Part shown: positions 29,208-38,632 of the stretch, in pieces
Numbering within the stretch: the first letter of the stretch is position 1
Layout: each line of letters begins with the position of its first letter
Assembly: GCA_039679675.1 (NCBI GenBank)
Contig: JBDKUN010000026.1
Coordinates: 1 to 38,747, forward strand
Direction of reading: 5' to 3'
Source of the DNA: Armatimonadota bacterium
Lineage (GTDB): Bacteria > Armatimonadota > UBA5829 > DTLH01
Length of the DNA: 38,747 bases
Translations under genes and position numbers: made by a program
Notes under the pieces: generated by a model
Told to the model about the DNA's origin: nothing
The model's database searches: none
What the model saw: the letters and a program-made list of their open reading frames with translations, nothing else

Positions 29208-30212
29208 CTAAATCCTTAATCCCAAGTTCTCTTCACTGGTAGACTTCTCCAGAATATCCTGCACAATGGCGTCCGTTGCGATTCCCTCGGCTTCGCCTTC
29301 GAAGTTCAGGATGATCCGGTGGCGGAGCGCCGGGAGCGCGACTTTTCTGATGTCATCAAAGCTCACATTATAACGGCCGTCGAGAAGGGCGCTTACTTTG
29401 GCTGTCAGGACTATCGCCTGGGCTCCGCGAGGGCTGGAACCGTAGCGGACGAACCGTTTGACCATCTCAGTTGTGTGCTCAGAGTCTGGATGGGTCGCAA
29501 TCACGGTGCGGAGCGCGTAATCCTTGACATGATCCGCCAGCGCGACCTCACGGGCGAGCCGCCTCATCTCAAGCACTGTCTCTGGGTCGGTCACTTTGCT
29601 TATATCGACCCGCTCCGGCATCGTTGTCCGGTCCAGTATCGTCCCAAGCTCGTCGAGTGTCGGGAACTTGACCATGAGCTTATACAGAAACCTGTCGAGC
29701 TGTGCTTCAGGGAGGGGATAAGTCCCTTCCATCTCGATAGGGTTCTGTGTCGCAAGGACAAGGAACGGTTCTTCGAGCTTGCGGATGCTCCCCGCGACTG
29801 TGACAGAGTGCTCCTGCATCGCTTCGAGCATAGCAGACTGGGTTTTGGGTGTCGCTCGGTTAATTTCATCTGCCAGGATGATGTTTGCGAATACCGGCCC
29901 CGGCTGGAACTGGAAGGATTTTTTTCCGGTGTCGTCTTCGACCAGAATGTTGGTCCCGACGATGTCTGCAGGCATCAGGTCCGGCGTGAACTGGATGCGG
30001 GAAAACTTGAGGTCAAGCGCCTGCGAGAGAGTGCGGACGAGCAGTGTCTTTCCCAACCCCGGCACACCTTCCAGAAGAGCATTCCCTTCGGCGAGAAGGC
30101 ATGTTATTACCCCCTCGATAATCTCCTCCTGGCCGACGATCATCCTGCCGACCTCGGACTTCAGTATATCAAAATCTTCTTTGAACTTCTTGACTCTATT
30201 CTCAACCTGCAT
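29208..30212 (-). CDS. MoxR family AAA+ ATPase
   Basis: EGVPGLGKT, RIQFTPDLMPADI, ILADEINRATPKTQSA, ATQNPIEMEGTYPLPEAQLDRF; start moved to ATG 30212. Confidence 0.96.
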   Translation of the reverse strand: MQVENRVKKFKEDFDILKSEVGRMIVGQEEIIEGVITCLLAEGNALLEGVPGLGKTLLVRTLSQALDLKFSRIQFTPDLMPADIVGTNILVEDDTGKKSFQFQPGPVFANIILADEINRATPKTQSAMLEAMQEHSVTVAGSIRKLEEPFLVLATQNPIEMEGTYPLPEAQLDRFLYKLMVKFPTLDELGTILDRTTMPERVDISKVTDPETVLEMRRLAREVALADHVKDYALRTVIATHPDSEHTTEMVKRFVRYGSSPRGAQAIVLTAKVSALLDGRYNVSFDDIRKVALPALRHRIILNFEGEAEGIATDAIVQDILEKSTSEENLGLRI

Positions 30213-30231
30213 GGATCGGTTCCCTTCGTTA

Positions 30232-31944
30232 TTATCTGGTAAGCGACTCGAAATACTTGGAGACCGGTTTTCGGTAAGCCGGCGGCACTTTTTCTTTAAC
30301 CAATGCTTTTTCAGCGCTCTTCTTGTAGTTGGGAAGGACTTCATAATAGGGCACAGACGACGCTTTCGCCTTGTCAGGAGCGCCTTTCGTCGTCCCGCCG
30401 GAGTAGATCATACCTTCCTTCCCGACCATAGTAGATGATTTTGTGGTATAGCCATCTTTACCGGTTGGAACAGGCCCTTTTGCGTCCTTGTATTTGCCGT
30501 TTCCCGGGCCGCCTATGCCGCCCGTTCCTCCTTTACCTCCACTACCGCCGGACTGGCTGCCGCTCATTCCGCCTGCCGGGATGATTCCGCCTATGCCGCA
30601 CTGACCCAGTGCGTTAGATGCGTTCTTTCACCCACCGCTCAGCTTGCCAAGTTGGGCCAGGTCTTTGGCATTTGCCATAGACTTTTTGGCTTCGGCGAGC
30701 TTCTTCGCGGCCTCCTTGGGGTCCATCTTGGAAAGCTGCTCTGCAGCTTCACGGAGTTTCTTTGATAACTCGTTGAGATCGGTGTTCTTCAGCGCTTCAG
30801 AGAGCGCCTTCAACTGGTCTTCGAGGTTCTTACGGTCCATATCCGACATCTTACCGCCGTCCTGGCCGAGTTTTTTAGAAAGCTCTGACATCAGTTCGGA
30901 CGCTCTCTTGTAATCCCCGTTCTTCATAAGTTCGGACATAAGAGATGCAAACTCTGGCGGGACTTGAGCACCATTTCCGGTCTTCAGCGAGTCCTTGACC
31001 TGCTTTTCCATCTTGTCGATCTGCTCTTTGGAAAGGTTGCCGGAAGCGGACTGCATATCTTTAAGCCGTTTTTGCAGGTCTTCCAGCTTCTTATCCGGTT
31101 TTCCTCCGTTTGTGGACTGGTTTTTGGTCTCTTCTTCGACCCGTTCCAGCATTTTGCGGGCAAGGCCGGGCGCGGTATCTTTCATCTCTTCCAGCCCCTG
31201 TTTGGCGGACTTTGAAGCCTGGTTTCTGGCCGCGAGCTTGTCCTGAAGGTCTTTGATCTCTTTTTCCAGCGACTTCACTGCATGCATCGCCTGTTTTTTG
31301 CTCATCCGAGCCCGCTCAAGATCTTTTCCAAGTTTATCGGCATTCAGTGCGACACGTTTTACGAGTTCCTTGTTAGCCGGTGATACGGTCTTCAGCGTTT
31401 CTTTGGACAGCTTGCGAAGCTCCACCCCGGCTTTTTTCATCTCTTTCACTTCTCCGCGTCTGGCCTCGGACTGCATTGCGGGAAGTGTCGGGATATAGTA
31501 AAGCGCAAAGAGTGCAGCGAGCGTGCCGAAGAATACAGCCATCTCCCTTGTGAACCTGTGCGGGAAGACCTCTTTAGGTTCCAGTCTCTCGATATGTCCC
31601 GACGCGTCTTCCACGAGCGCCAAGACCATCTTGTCATCCCTGTCCAGCAGCGAGACAGCGCTCGAAAGTCTCTCCTTGAGGTCAAGTCGCTGTTCCGTGG
31701 CGCGGGCGGCGGAGAAATCGGTCAGACGCTTCAGCATTCCCCAGACAGCCCCGCCGGTAAGCCCAAAGATGACTACGCTCCAGAGCAAAAACGGGTCGGA
31801 AAGCGTGTACCACCACTTCGACAAAGCCGTGAGCACCGCTGCAACCGCCGCAGCGACGGCTCCGAGTATCAGCGCGTGCCTTTCGACAAGCAGCAGCCTG
31901 ATACGCTTTCTGAACCTCAGCAAGTCACGCTCGAAATCTGTCAT
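30232..31944 (-). CDS. Membrane-anchored coiled-coil protein, 570 aa if the in-frame UGA (30630-30628) is read through; candidate selenoprotein
   Basis: ORFs 30628-31944 and 30232-30567 are in the same frame, separated by one TGA and 20 sense codons; three N-terminal TM segments, long coiled coil, Gly-rich linker, C-terminal VPPAYRKPVSKYFESL. Confidence 0.75.
30588..30622 (-). promoter_or_regulatory. Bacterial SECIS-like hairpin 3' of the in-frame UGA
   Basis: mRNA UGA-AAGAACGCAUCUAA-CGCACUG-GGU-CAGUGCG-GCAUAGGCG: perfect 7-bp upper stem, GGU loop 21 nt after UGA, lower stem CGC..CUA/UAG-GCG. Confidence 0.65.
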
Positions 31945-33609
31945 TTAAGCCACTCCTTTTAAACGGCTGACCCGCCGTGAAGTGATATAGAGTGCGATAA
32001 CAGCGATTATTCCCCAGACAGCAGTGCAGGCAAGCCACAGGTGCTTCTCCGGTATAAAGAGATATCGAATAATCTCAGTAAAATGTTCTTCGTTATGCAT
32101 ATAAGACGGAATAAGTGTCGGATCAAAAAGAAAAAGCGGATAAATGCAATATTTGAGCGGATGATACCCAGAACAGTCTGCCAGGAGTCTGATTGATATG
32201 GGTAAAAGAAAACAAGTCGTTGTGATAAACCCAGCCATGAAACCTACACTGCAGTTCGGCCATGTACCTGCAAGAATTTTAACTGATAAGATAGCGATAA
32301 CTGCAGAAAGCACAGCCGCTGCTGCTTTTGCGAATGAGACCCAATCAGGAATGCTCATAACACCTATTGATGCAGGTGTAAAGTAGAGCAGCAACAATGA
32401 CAGCGCAATTATTCCGCATCCGGCGATCCAAAGAAATATGGAAAACCAGAATTCCGCTTGTGTGGTGAAACCATGCAGGCAGTAATGGATCATTCTGGAG
32501 AGCGGTTTTCTAAAGCGCACGGTATCCCAATCTGCCAGGCTGGTTATATAGCACCTGGATGTAAAGATTACAATTATGGTGAGAGCAATAAGTGTTGCTC
32601 CAAGTAGTGAGTTTATACTGCGGAAACCGAAGCCATTATATTTCAATGCTGTGTTGCCGAAGAAAGTAAAAATGCCGATCAGAGAGAGAACGGCTGTCAG
32701 AAATCTTGTGAAAGCAATCTTGGTGTAATGGCTGTTGTAAGGGAATTTGATCGCGGCATGTGTCAGGATCAATGTTCCTACTCCTATCTGGGCAAGTAGT
32801 CCAACAACAGCAATCGAAACATGAAAAAAGAAGACCGGAGCCATTTCGACAGGATGAATGGCAACGGTCAGGCCGCTTATACCGGAGAATGCAGAACTCC
32901 ATCTATTACTCACAATATCCACTACCGTAAGTGGCATAGTTCCTATTGCAATACAAAAAGAGGCCGCAAAATACACCGTATAAGTGAATAATGCATGCAT
33001 GCCAGCCGGGAGCAGTTTTCCGGTTTCCATTGCTTTTGGATATGAAAGGATTGAGAGTGAGACAAAAATCGCCGACATCAAAAACACCCAGCCCATGAGC
33101 ATTACATAAGTCACAGCGATCTCGAGCGGTGATATGCCGCCCATAAGAAAACATACACCGCTTAATGGCAGGCTGCAGCCCAGAAGCGCAAAGGATGCCA
33201 GCATGGTCGATGCCATTTTCCCTGCAAGAATCTTTGCAGGTGTGAGCGGAGTCAGGCACAGATCTTCCAGCCGCTTCTGGACATAATCTGACATCAGCCC
33301 TCCGCCCGATAAGCTGGGTATCAGCAGTGGGATCAAAATCGCCTGGGCGAAAGTCAGTATTACGAACAGGAGATAACCAATACCTAGATTTTGCAGTGCA
33401 TGGCCTAAAGCGCTTTTATTCGCGGTTATCACAAATACGACTGCTGCCAGACCCGCGCTCAGGATCAGCGCATAGCCGAAGATTATCCAAAATGCCTTGT
33501 TTCCCCGGACGAGCGTGCGGATGTCTTTGACCGCAACCGGGTTGTCAAAGATGAAGTCAGCTATTTCCGCGCTTATTCGATTGTATGTAAGCTGCAGTCT
33601 ACTCATCAA
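31945..33609 (-). CDS. ABC-2 type permease-like multi-pass membrane protein (divergent paralogue 2)
   Basis: DNPVAVKDIRT..RG, LCLTPLTPAKILAGKM, GGISPLEI; many TM segments. Confidence 0.82.
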   Translation of the reverse strand: MMSRLQLTYNRISAEIADFIFDNPVAVKDIRTLVRGNKAFWIIFGYALILSAGLAAVVFVITANKSALGHALQNLGIGYLLFVILTFAQAILIPLLIPSLSGGGLMSDYVQKRLEDLCLTPLTPAKILAGKMASTMLASFALLGCSLPLSGVCFLMGGISPLEIAVTYVMLMGWVFLMSAIFVSLSILSYPKAMETGKLLPAGMHALFTYTVYFAASFCIAIGTMPLTVVDIVSNRWSSAFSGISGLTVAIHPVEMAPVFFFHVSIAVVGLLAQIGVGTLILTHAAIKFPYNSHYTKIAFTRFLTAVLSLIGIFTFFGNTALKYNGFGFRSINSLLGATLIALTIIVIFTSRCYITSLADWDTVRFRKPLSRMIHYCLHGFTTQAEFWFSIFLWIAGCGIIALSLLLLYFTPASIGVMSIPDWVSFAKAAAAVLSAVIAILSVKILAGTWPNCSVGFMAGFITTTCFLLPISIRLLADCSGYHPLKYCIYPLFLFDPTLIPSYMHNEEHFTEIIRYLFIPEKHLWLACTAVWGIIAVIALYITSRRVSRLKGVA

Positions 33610-33621
33610 ATCTCGGCTGAA

Positions 33622-35268
33622 TCATTCATCCGGTATCCCGCGCCCTCTCTTATAGTACTTCCCTGAGAGCGACAGGGCTATTACGGCTACTATACCCCAG
33701 GCTGCGAGGCATCCGACTCCTGTTAAACCTTTATCCAGCCAGAGTATCGGTCCGGTTGACCCCGGATGCCACCCTCCGCTCATCTCGCCAATCGTTGTTC
33801 CGGGCCATAAATACGCCGCCTGCCACATAATACCGGACTGGTTTTCCCAGGTGTAATTGTAGCTGCTCTCATGCTGCCAGAGCATCAGCGGGTAAATGGC
33901 CCACGCCAGAGCGATAATCAGCAAAACCAATACTACTGCAGAGTTTTTGTTCGGCATTATGGAAGAGAAAAGCATTCCGATCGCGCCCCATGCGATGATC
34001 GCGCCCAAAAGCCCTATGCTTGCCTGCAGGATGTTGACCAGGTCGAACGAGTAAGTTCCTGTGCTTCCAACCGGGGAGTAACTGTTCGCGTAAGCGAATG
34101 TCGCTATTACTACGGCGCATGCTGCTGCCCACCAAAGCGCGAGAAAGAAGAGCCCGCCCGCAGGCCTGTTCTCGAATGCTTTACGAAAGATCGGTTCACG
34201 TGTCAGGGAACTCACAGGGTTGGCATTCTTCCCTATCGGCCCGGTCGAAAAGATAGGTACAGCAGGGATAAAGACTGCTAAAAGTATCACAAACATAAAA
34301 GTGGCAAAATCTGATTCCTGCCCCGGCGTCGTCCCTAATAACCCGGACAGTGCGTTGCCCACAAACAGGAAGAGGGTCGCAAGTGATATGCCGAGGAGCA
34401 TAGTACGTATCAATACTGCCCGGTCAATACGGTGGAACGGCAGCCGGGTTGTCGCAAGGACCGCAAGCAGTATTCCGATTGCCGTATTGATGGCTATTCC
34501 GGCCAGCGCCACAGGGAGTCTTATATAAAACACCTGTGCCATGTCCAGTGAGTGATCGAGAGCCATGCATCCGCTCAGTCCGCCCAAAATACTGTTTGTA
34601 TTGTGGCCATATTTGCATTCAGCAGCCCAGAGTGTTGTGAGAAACGCGTAGATAAAGACAGTGCCGAATGCAATAAGGGATGCAGTGGCGGTCTTTTTGA
34701 ACTGCGCCGAGCAGAAGACTCCTATACTTGAAAAGAGAAATGCCCAGGCTGCCAGAATCAGATAAGTCACAGCGATTTCTGCAGGAGATACGCTGCCAAA
34801 CATCAGGCACATACCGGCCAGCGGAAGCGAGCAGGCAAGGAGCATAAGGACGAACAGATACCCGGACATCAGTTTGCCCACAATGATGTTTCTGGCGGAC
34901 AAAGTGGTCAAAGACAGCATCTCGATGGTCTGCTGCTCTTTCTCTATCGTAATGCAGCCAGATGTCAGACTGGGGGCAATGAGCCCGATCAGTACAGCTT
35001 GGAGCCAGGTAAGGCTCGAAAACAAGCGGAATCCGAGCCTGGAGTCGAACCAGCTTTGCGGGTCGGCTGATCCTGCCACATCCATCCACTGGGAATAGTA
35101 GATGCAAAAGAGCACTATTGCCATCAGGAGGACGTAAGCCATCATAATCTGATGCGCTCTGGCTCCGCGCATCCTGGACCGGAGTTCCTTGGTGATCACC
35201 GGGTTCTCGTAGCGGGCGTTTTTAATTCTGCCTGCCAGTGTTTTTTGTGCGAGTTCAACTATGCTCAT
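33622..35268 (-). CDS. ABC-2 type permease-like multi-pass membrane protein (paralogue 1)
   Basis: ENPVITKELRSRMRG, APSLTSGCITIEKEQQTIEMLSLTTLS...IIVGKL; many TM segments. Confidence 0.88.
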   Translation of the reverse strand: MSIVELAQKTLAGRIKNARYENPVITKELRSRMRGARAHQIMMAYVLLMAIVLFCIYYSQWMDVAGSADPQSWFDSRLGFRLFSSLTWLQAVLIGLIAPSLTSGCITIEKEQQTIEMLSLTTLSARNIIVGKLMSGYLFVLMLLACSLPLAGMCLMFGSVSPAEIAVTYLILAAWAFLFSSIGVFCSAQFKKTATASLIAFGTVFIYAFLTTLWAAECKYGHNTNSILGGLSGCMALDHSLDMAQVFYIRLPVALAGIAINTAIGILLAVLATTRLPFHRIDRAVLIRTMLLGISLATLFLFVGNALSGLLGTTPGQESDFATFMFVILLAVFIPAVPIFSTGPIGKNANPVSSLTREPIFRKAFENRPAGGLFFLALWWAAACAVVIATFAYANSYSPVGSTGTYSFDLVNILQASIGLLGAIIAWGAIGMLFSSIMPNKNSAVVLVLLIIALAWAIYPLMLWQHESSYNYTWENQSGIMWQAAYLWPGTTIGEMSGGWHPGSTGPILWLDKGLTGVGCLAAWGIVAVIALSLSGKYYKRGRGIPDE

Positions 35269-36200
35269 GCCACCGCTCCTGTCGTCACTTTCATAAACAC
35301 GTCTTCAAGGTCTATCTCTGCTTCGGAGAACGATTGGACTTTGTAGCCGCCGGAAACCAGCGCGGTCAGCAGTTCATGCTGTTCCTCCGGCAGCCCTGTG
35401 TACTGCACCCGGAGCGTCCCATCCTCAATTGTTACACTGCGGACTCCGTCCATCTTCGAGAGGAGTTCGGCGGCTTCATCGTGTCTGTCGAGCAGTTTCA
35501 CGATGAGTAGCCTTCCGCCGCGGGCTTTCTCCATTATTTCGCCTACATCTCCGCTTATTATCAGCTCTCCGCGCTCTATTATGGCGACTTTGTTGCAGAA
35601 GTCCGCCAGTTCCGGCAGAATATGGCTTGAGATCAGGATGGTCTTGCCCATAACCTTCAACTCTTTCAAGAGTTCCTTAATATCTATTCTCGCTCTTGGG
35701 TCGAGCCCTGAAGCCGGTTCATCCAGAAGCAGCACAGCCGGGTCGTGAAGAAGTGTTTTAGCGAGGCACAACCTCTGTTTCATCCCCCGGCTGAGCGCGT
35801 CCACGAAGTCATCCCGTTTTCCCGAAAGATCGGTGAGGTCAAGCACGTTATCTATCGTTTTCGCCCGCTTGCTTTTGGGGATTTTATATGCAGCGGCGAA
35901 GAAATCCAGATACTCCCAAGCCTTTATGTCATCGTAGACCCCGAAAAAGTCCGGCATATAGCCGATAAGCCGCCTTACTTTTTCAGGGTGCTGCTGCACA
36001 TCAATATCCGCTACATAAGCCGCTCCGCTTGTAGGAGTGAGCAGTGTGGAGATCATTTTTATCGTAGTCGTTTTTCCGGCCCCGTTCGGGCCAATGAACC
36101 CCACGATGTCTCCCTGCTCGATCTCAAGACACAGGTTGTTTACAGCTGTCAATTGGCCGTAAGTCTTGGTAAGGCATTCAGTCCTCATCATAACGCTCAT
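35265..36200 (-). CDS. ABC transporter ATP-binding protein
   Basis: Walker A GPNGAGKTT, signature LSRGMKQR, Walker B LLLDEP, H-loop SSH. Confidence 0.97.
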   Translation of the reverse strand: MSVMMRTECLTKTYGQLTAVNNLCLEIEQGDIVGFIGPNGAGKTTTIKMISTLLTPTSGAAYVADIDVQQHPEKVRRLIGYMPDFFGVYDDIKAWEYLDFFAAAYKIPKSKRAKTIDNVLDLTDLSGKRDDFVDALSRGMKQRLCLAKTLLHDPAVLLLDEPASGLDPRARIDIKELLKELKVMGKTILISSHILPELADFCNKVAIIERGELIISGDVGEIMEKARGGRLLIVKLLDRHDEAAELLSKMDGVRSVTIEDGTLRVQYTGLPEEQHELLTALVSGGYKVQSFSEAEIDLEDVFMKVTTGAVA

Positions 36201-38350
36201 CTGGCACCGCCTTTTCCGCTGTCAAGCCAGCAGATGAAATAATCTATCGACTGCCTCTCCCCGCGCCTCTGCTCAAGAGATATTTTCGACACCGGTTGTT
36301 TGATCCTTCCGACCAACGCCGGGCGCTTTGTCCGGAAGACAATCATTAAGATCTCAGCCCGCGCGGAGTATCTCGCTTGCTCGATCGGTGAAGCATCGGC
36401 GCTGGGTTGGGCATCAGTCGTCCCCTGCGGTGTAGACAGCGGGATTATCCCGTTAGGTCCAGGTTTGGGTGCGGGTGCAGATGATGGTGAAGCGGATTTT
36501 GCATTGATCTCCCGCTGCATTCCGCTCTGGATGTCTCCGATATTGACCGTTGTCTGATTGCCGGTGACGATCCGGCAGTCCACGAGGTCGTAACTGGTGT
36601 TGTTCCTGATCGTTCCGACGATTGTCCCGTTTGTTTTGTCTATTTTCAGGTTCGAATCGATCTTTCCGCCGGTATCGCACCCGCTTTCGACCCTGAATGT
36701 GCGCATCGACCACATATCCATCGAAATATCGGGTAAAGCCGTTGTTTCTCCGATCAAAACAGTGAGCCGGCGGTTGTCTTTCTGCTTATTACCGAAATGG
36801 TCGTAGCTCGGTGCTGGAGTCTCGGAGACAACCGCATAAGGATCATCGACTTTTATGTCGTAGCTTCGGCGTGACGGCGAGAAAAGTACGCCGTAGGTGG
36901 TTGCAGAAGCGTAGTTTGTGTTGGGCCCGGTTTCGACTATGGTTACTGTCTTTAAGAGCAGGCTCGACCCCTTCATCGCATAGCCGAGGCCGTAGGCTCC
37001 TATAGTGAATATGATGATAATCGCCGGAGTGGTGAACCATGCAAGCTCTCTCCGCTTCTTCTTTGTCAGAATAAAATAATTGAGCGGCACAAGGCACAGA
37101 AGGTAAGATACCAGGAAGAAGATGATTACTTGAGCGGAGGGCATTCCTACTGACGGTATGTCCGATGCCATGGACTCATAGGTGTTTGATCCGTTTTGAT
37201 AATAATCCTGGTTGCGGTGCGGTCTCATCTTGTAAGCAGGTGCTGTCGCTGTTTTTTTCGTCATAACCACAACTGGTGGCAATGCCACCGGAGTGCCGGA
37301 AGACTGCATGGCAGAGTTCTGCCCTTCGGAGAATCTGAGCGGCGACGCAAGCGGTAGACCGCTTCTGGTCGAGAACAGCAACTGCTTCCACATATTTTCC
37401 TGCCCGTCCCAGCCCTTGAGCGGGAATGCGGAATAATCGAACGCCAGAAAGTATACCTGGCCGAGTCCGTAGGTCTGATAGGAGATCAACGGGACTCCAT
37501 CCTGCGACACCATCGCGGTCGCGCCGGATTTCAGCTTACCTGAAGTAACGACAGTTCTGCCGGGGTCGATACTGAAGCCGTAGTGTGCTCCGAGCGATGA
37601 AAGGCCAAGTTCAGCCGCGCCTGTCACATCCACCGGCAGAAGATCTTTGTAAAAATCGTTTTGGAACCTTTGGTAATCCGGCCCGCCGTTTATTACAACG
37701 ATTCCGCCGCCTGCGGCCCACATTTTGATAGCTGTGAGCTGTTTCGTGTCCATCTGCCTGGGGTTCAGTTCGGAAAGGACAAGGACATCGACGCTGTCGT
37801 AGCCGAGCGGCCTGTCGGGGAGCGTTTCAGGAGCCGACATCGCGGCATCTATCGCATAAATCGTCTGTGATGATTTGCCGGGCTTGGGTTGAGTCTTAGT
37901 CAGAGCAACTCCATCGAGAAAATTGAGTGTCGATTTGGAAGACCCCACAGCTACCATCAAGAGATTATTCGGGTAAATCTGTTGAACTGGACACTGAAGA
38001 GTGTCTTTGTTTCCTCCAGGCAGCCTGCCGTTTTCTAAAAGGATCTTCAAGACTTCGGCAGAAGAGGTAGTCTCTTCCAGCGTATACCCGCTATACCTCT
38101 TCTGGGAAGTACCGGTAATTTCCATCGATGTACGCCACGGATTCGGCTGCTCGGTAACTTTGTTTATTGCGGCGATAGTCCCTGCAAAAGAGCTGCTGTC
38201 GTCGTTTTTCAGGGTGATAGAGTAGGGGGTCCAACTGCCTGCCCTGCATTTGGAACCAAATCCGATCTGTGCATCTATCTCAACGGCCATCGCTTCCGTT
38301 GAGAGTAATACAAGTGCAAATGCGAGAATAGCCCGGAAATGCCTAACCAT
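36197..38350 (-). CDS. Exported/membrane protein with glutamine amidotransferase-like domain and two internal TM helices
   Basis: Signal peptide MVRHFRAILAFALVLLSTEAMA; LPDRPLGYDSVDVLVL...WAAGGG.VV..GG; TM pair around LCLVPLNYF..KKRRELAW; start moved to ATG 38350 behind SD AGGAGG. Confidence 0.8.
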   Translation of the reverse strand: MVRHFRAILAFALVLLSTEAMAVEIDAQIGFGSKCRAGSWTPYSITLKNDDSSSFAGTIAAINKVTEQPNPWRTSMEITGTSQKRYSGYTLEETTSSAEVLKILLENGRLPGGNKDTLQCPVQQIYPNNLLMVAVGSSKSTLNFLDGVALTKTQPKPGKSSQTIYAIDAAMSAPETLPDRPLGYDSVDVLVLSELNPRQMDTKQLTAIKMWAAGGGIVVINGGPDYQRFQNDFYKDLLPVDVTGAAELGLSSLGAHYGFSIDPGRTVVTSGKLKSGATAMVSQDGVPLISYQTYGLGQVYFLAFDYSAFPLKGWDGQENMWKQLLFSTRSGLPLASPLRFSEGQNSAMQSSGTPVALPPVVVMTKKTATAPAYKMRPHRNQDYYQNGSNTYESMASDIPSVGMPSAQVIIFFLVSYLLCLVPLNYFILTKKKRRELAWFTTPAIIIIFTIGAYGLGYAMKGSSLLLKTVTIVETGPNTNYASATTYGVLFSPSRRSYDIKVDDPYAVVSETPAPSYDHFGNKQKDNRRLTVLIGETTALPDISMDMWSMRTFRVESGCDTGGKIDSNLKIDKTNGTIVGTIRNNTSYDLVDCRIVTGNQTTVNIGDIQSGMQREINAKSASPSSAPAPKPGPNGIIPLSTPQGTTDAQPSADASPIEQARYSARAEILMIVFRTKRPALVGRIKQPVSKISLEQRRGERQSIDYFICWLDSGKGGAR

Positions 38351-38483
38351 GTTGCCTCCTGAGGACACGTATGGCCTGTCAGACGCATAAAAACGCCCGG
38401 CCGGATTCAATTTTTGTTACATACAAGTTATATTAAACGAAAGAGGTCTTCTAACCTTCCAGAATTCGTCTGGGATTATTATT

Positions 38484-38512
38484 ATAGACTTGAAATGTTG
38501 TTTGAAGGTTCA
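38484..38512 (-). promoter_or_regulatory. Candidate ECF-sigma promoter for the minus-strand operon
   Basis: Minus strand TGAACCT-16 nt-GTCTAT, about 135 nt upstream of ATG 38350. Confidence 0.45.
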
Positions 38513-38632
38513 CGTATCTATAGATTTTTAGTTAACGGAAACTAATTAGCGGTAAATAGCATCTCTGAAAAATATTTGCAGCAGGTGTTTTGATTATCCG
38601 AACTTTATAGTATAGTAGGGATAATTGAAAAA

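Noticed and set aside
29319..30438. Long plus-strand ORFs (307 aa, 219 aa) opposite moxR
   Set aside because: Antisense shadows of a conserved gene, with no recognisable motifs
30232..30567. Independent 111-aa Gly-rich gene
   Set aside because: No clear SD, begins in linker-like sequence and is in frame with the upstream ORF; better explained as its C-terminus, though not excluded
30628..30630. UGA reassigned genome-wide to Trp or Gly as the explanation of the in-frame stop
   Set aside because: rplD, rplX, rpmC, adk and several operon genes end at TGA at the expected positions with overlapping next starts, and Trp is TGG elsewhere
33607..33624. Second possible read-through: the permease 1 TGA is in frame with permease 2
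   Set aside because: No SECIS-like hairpin downstream, and each permease is full length with its own N-terminal NPV motif
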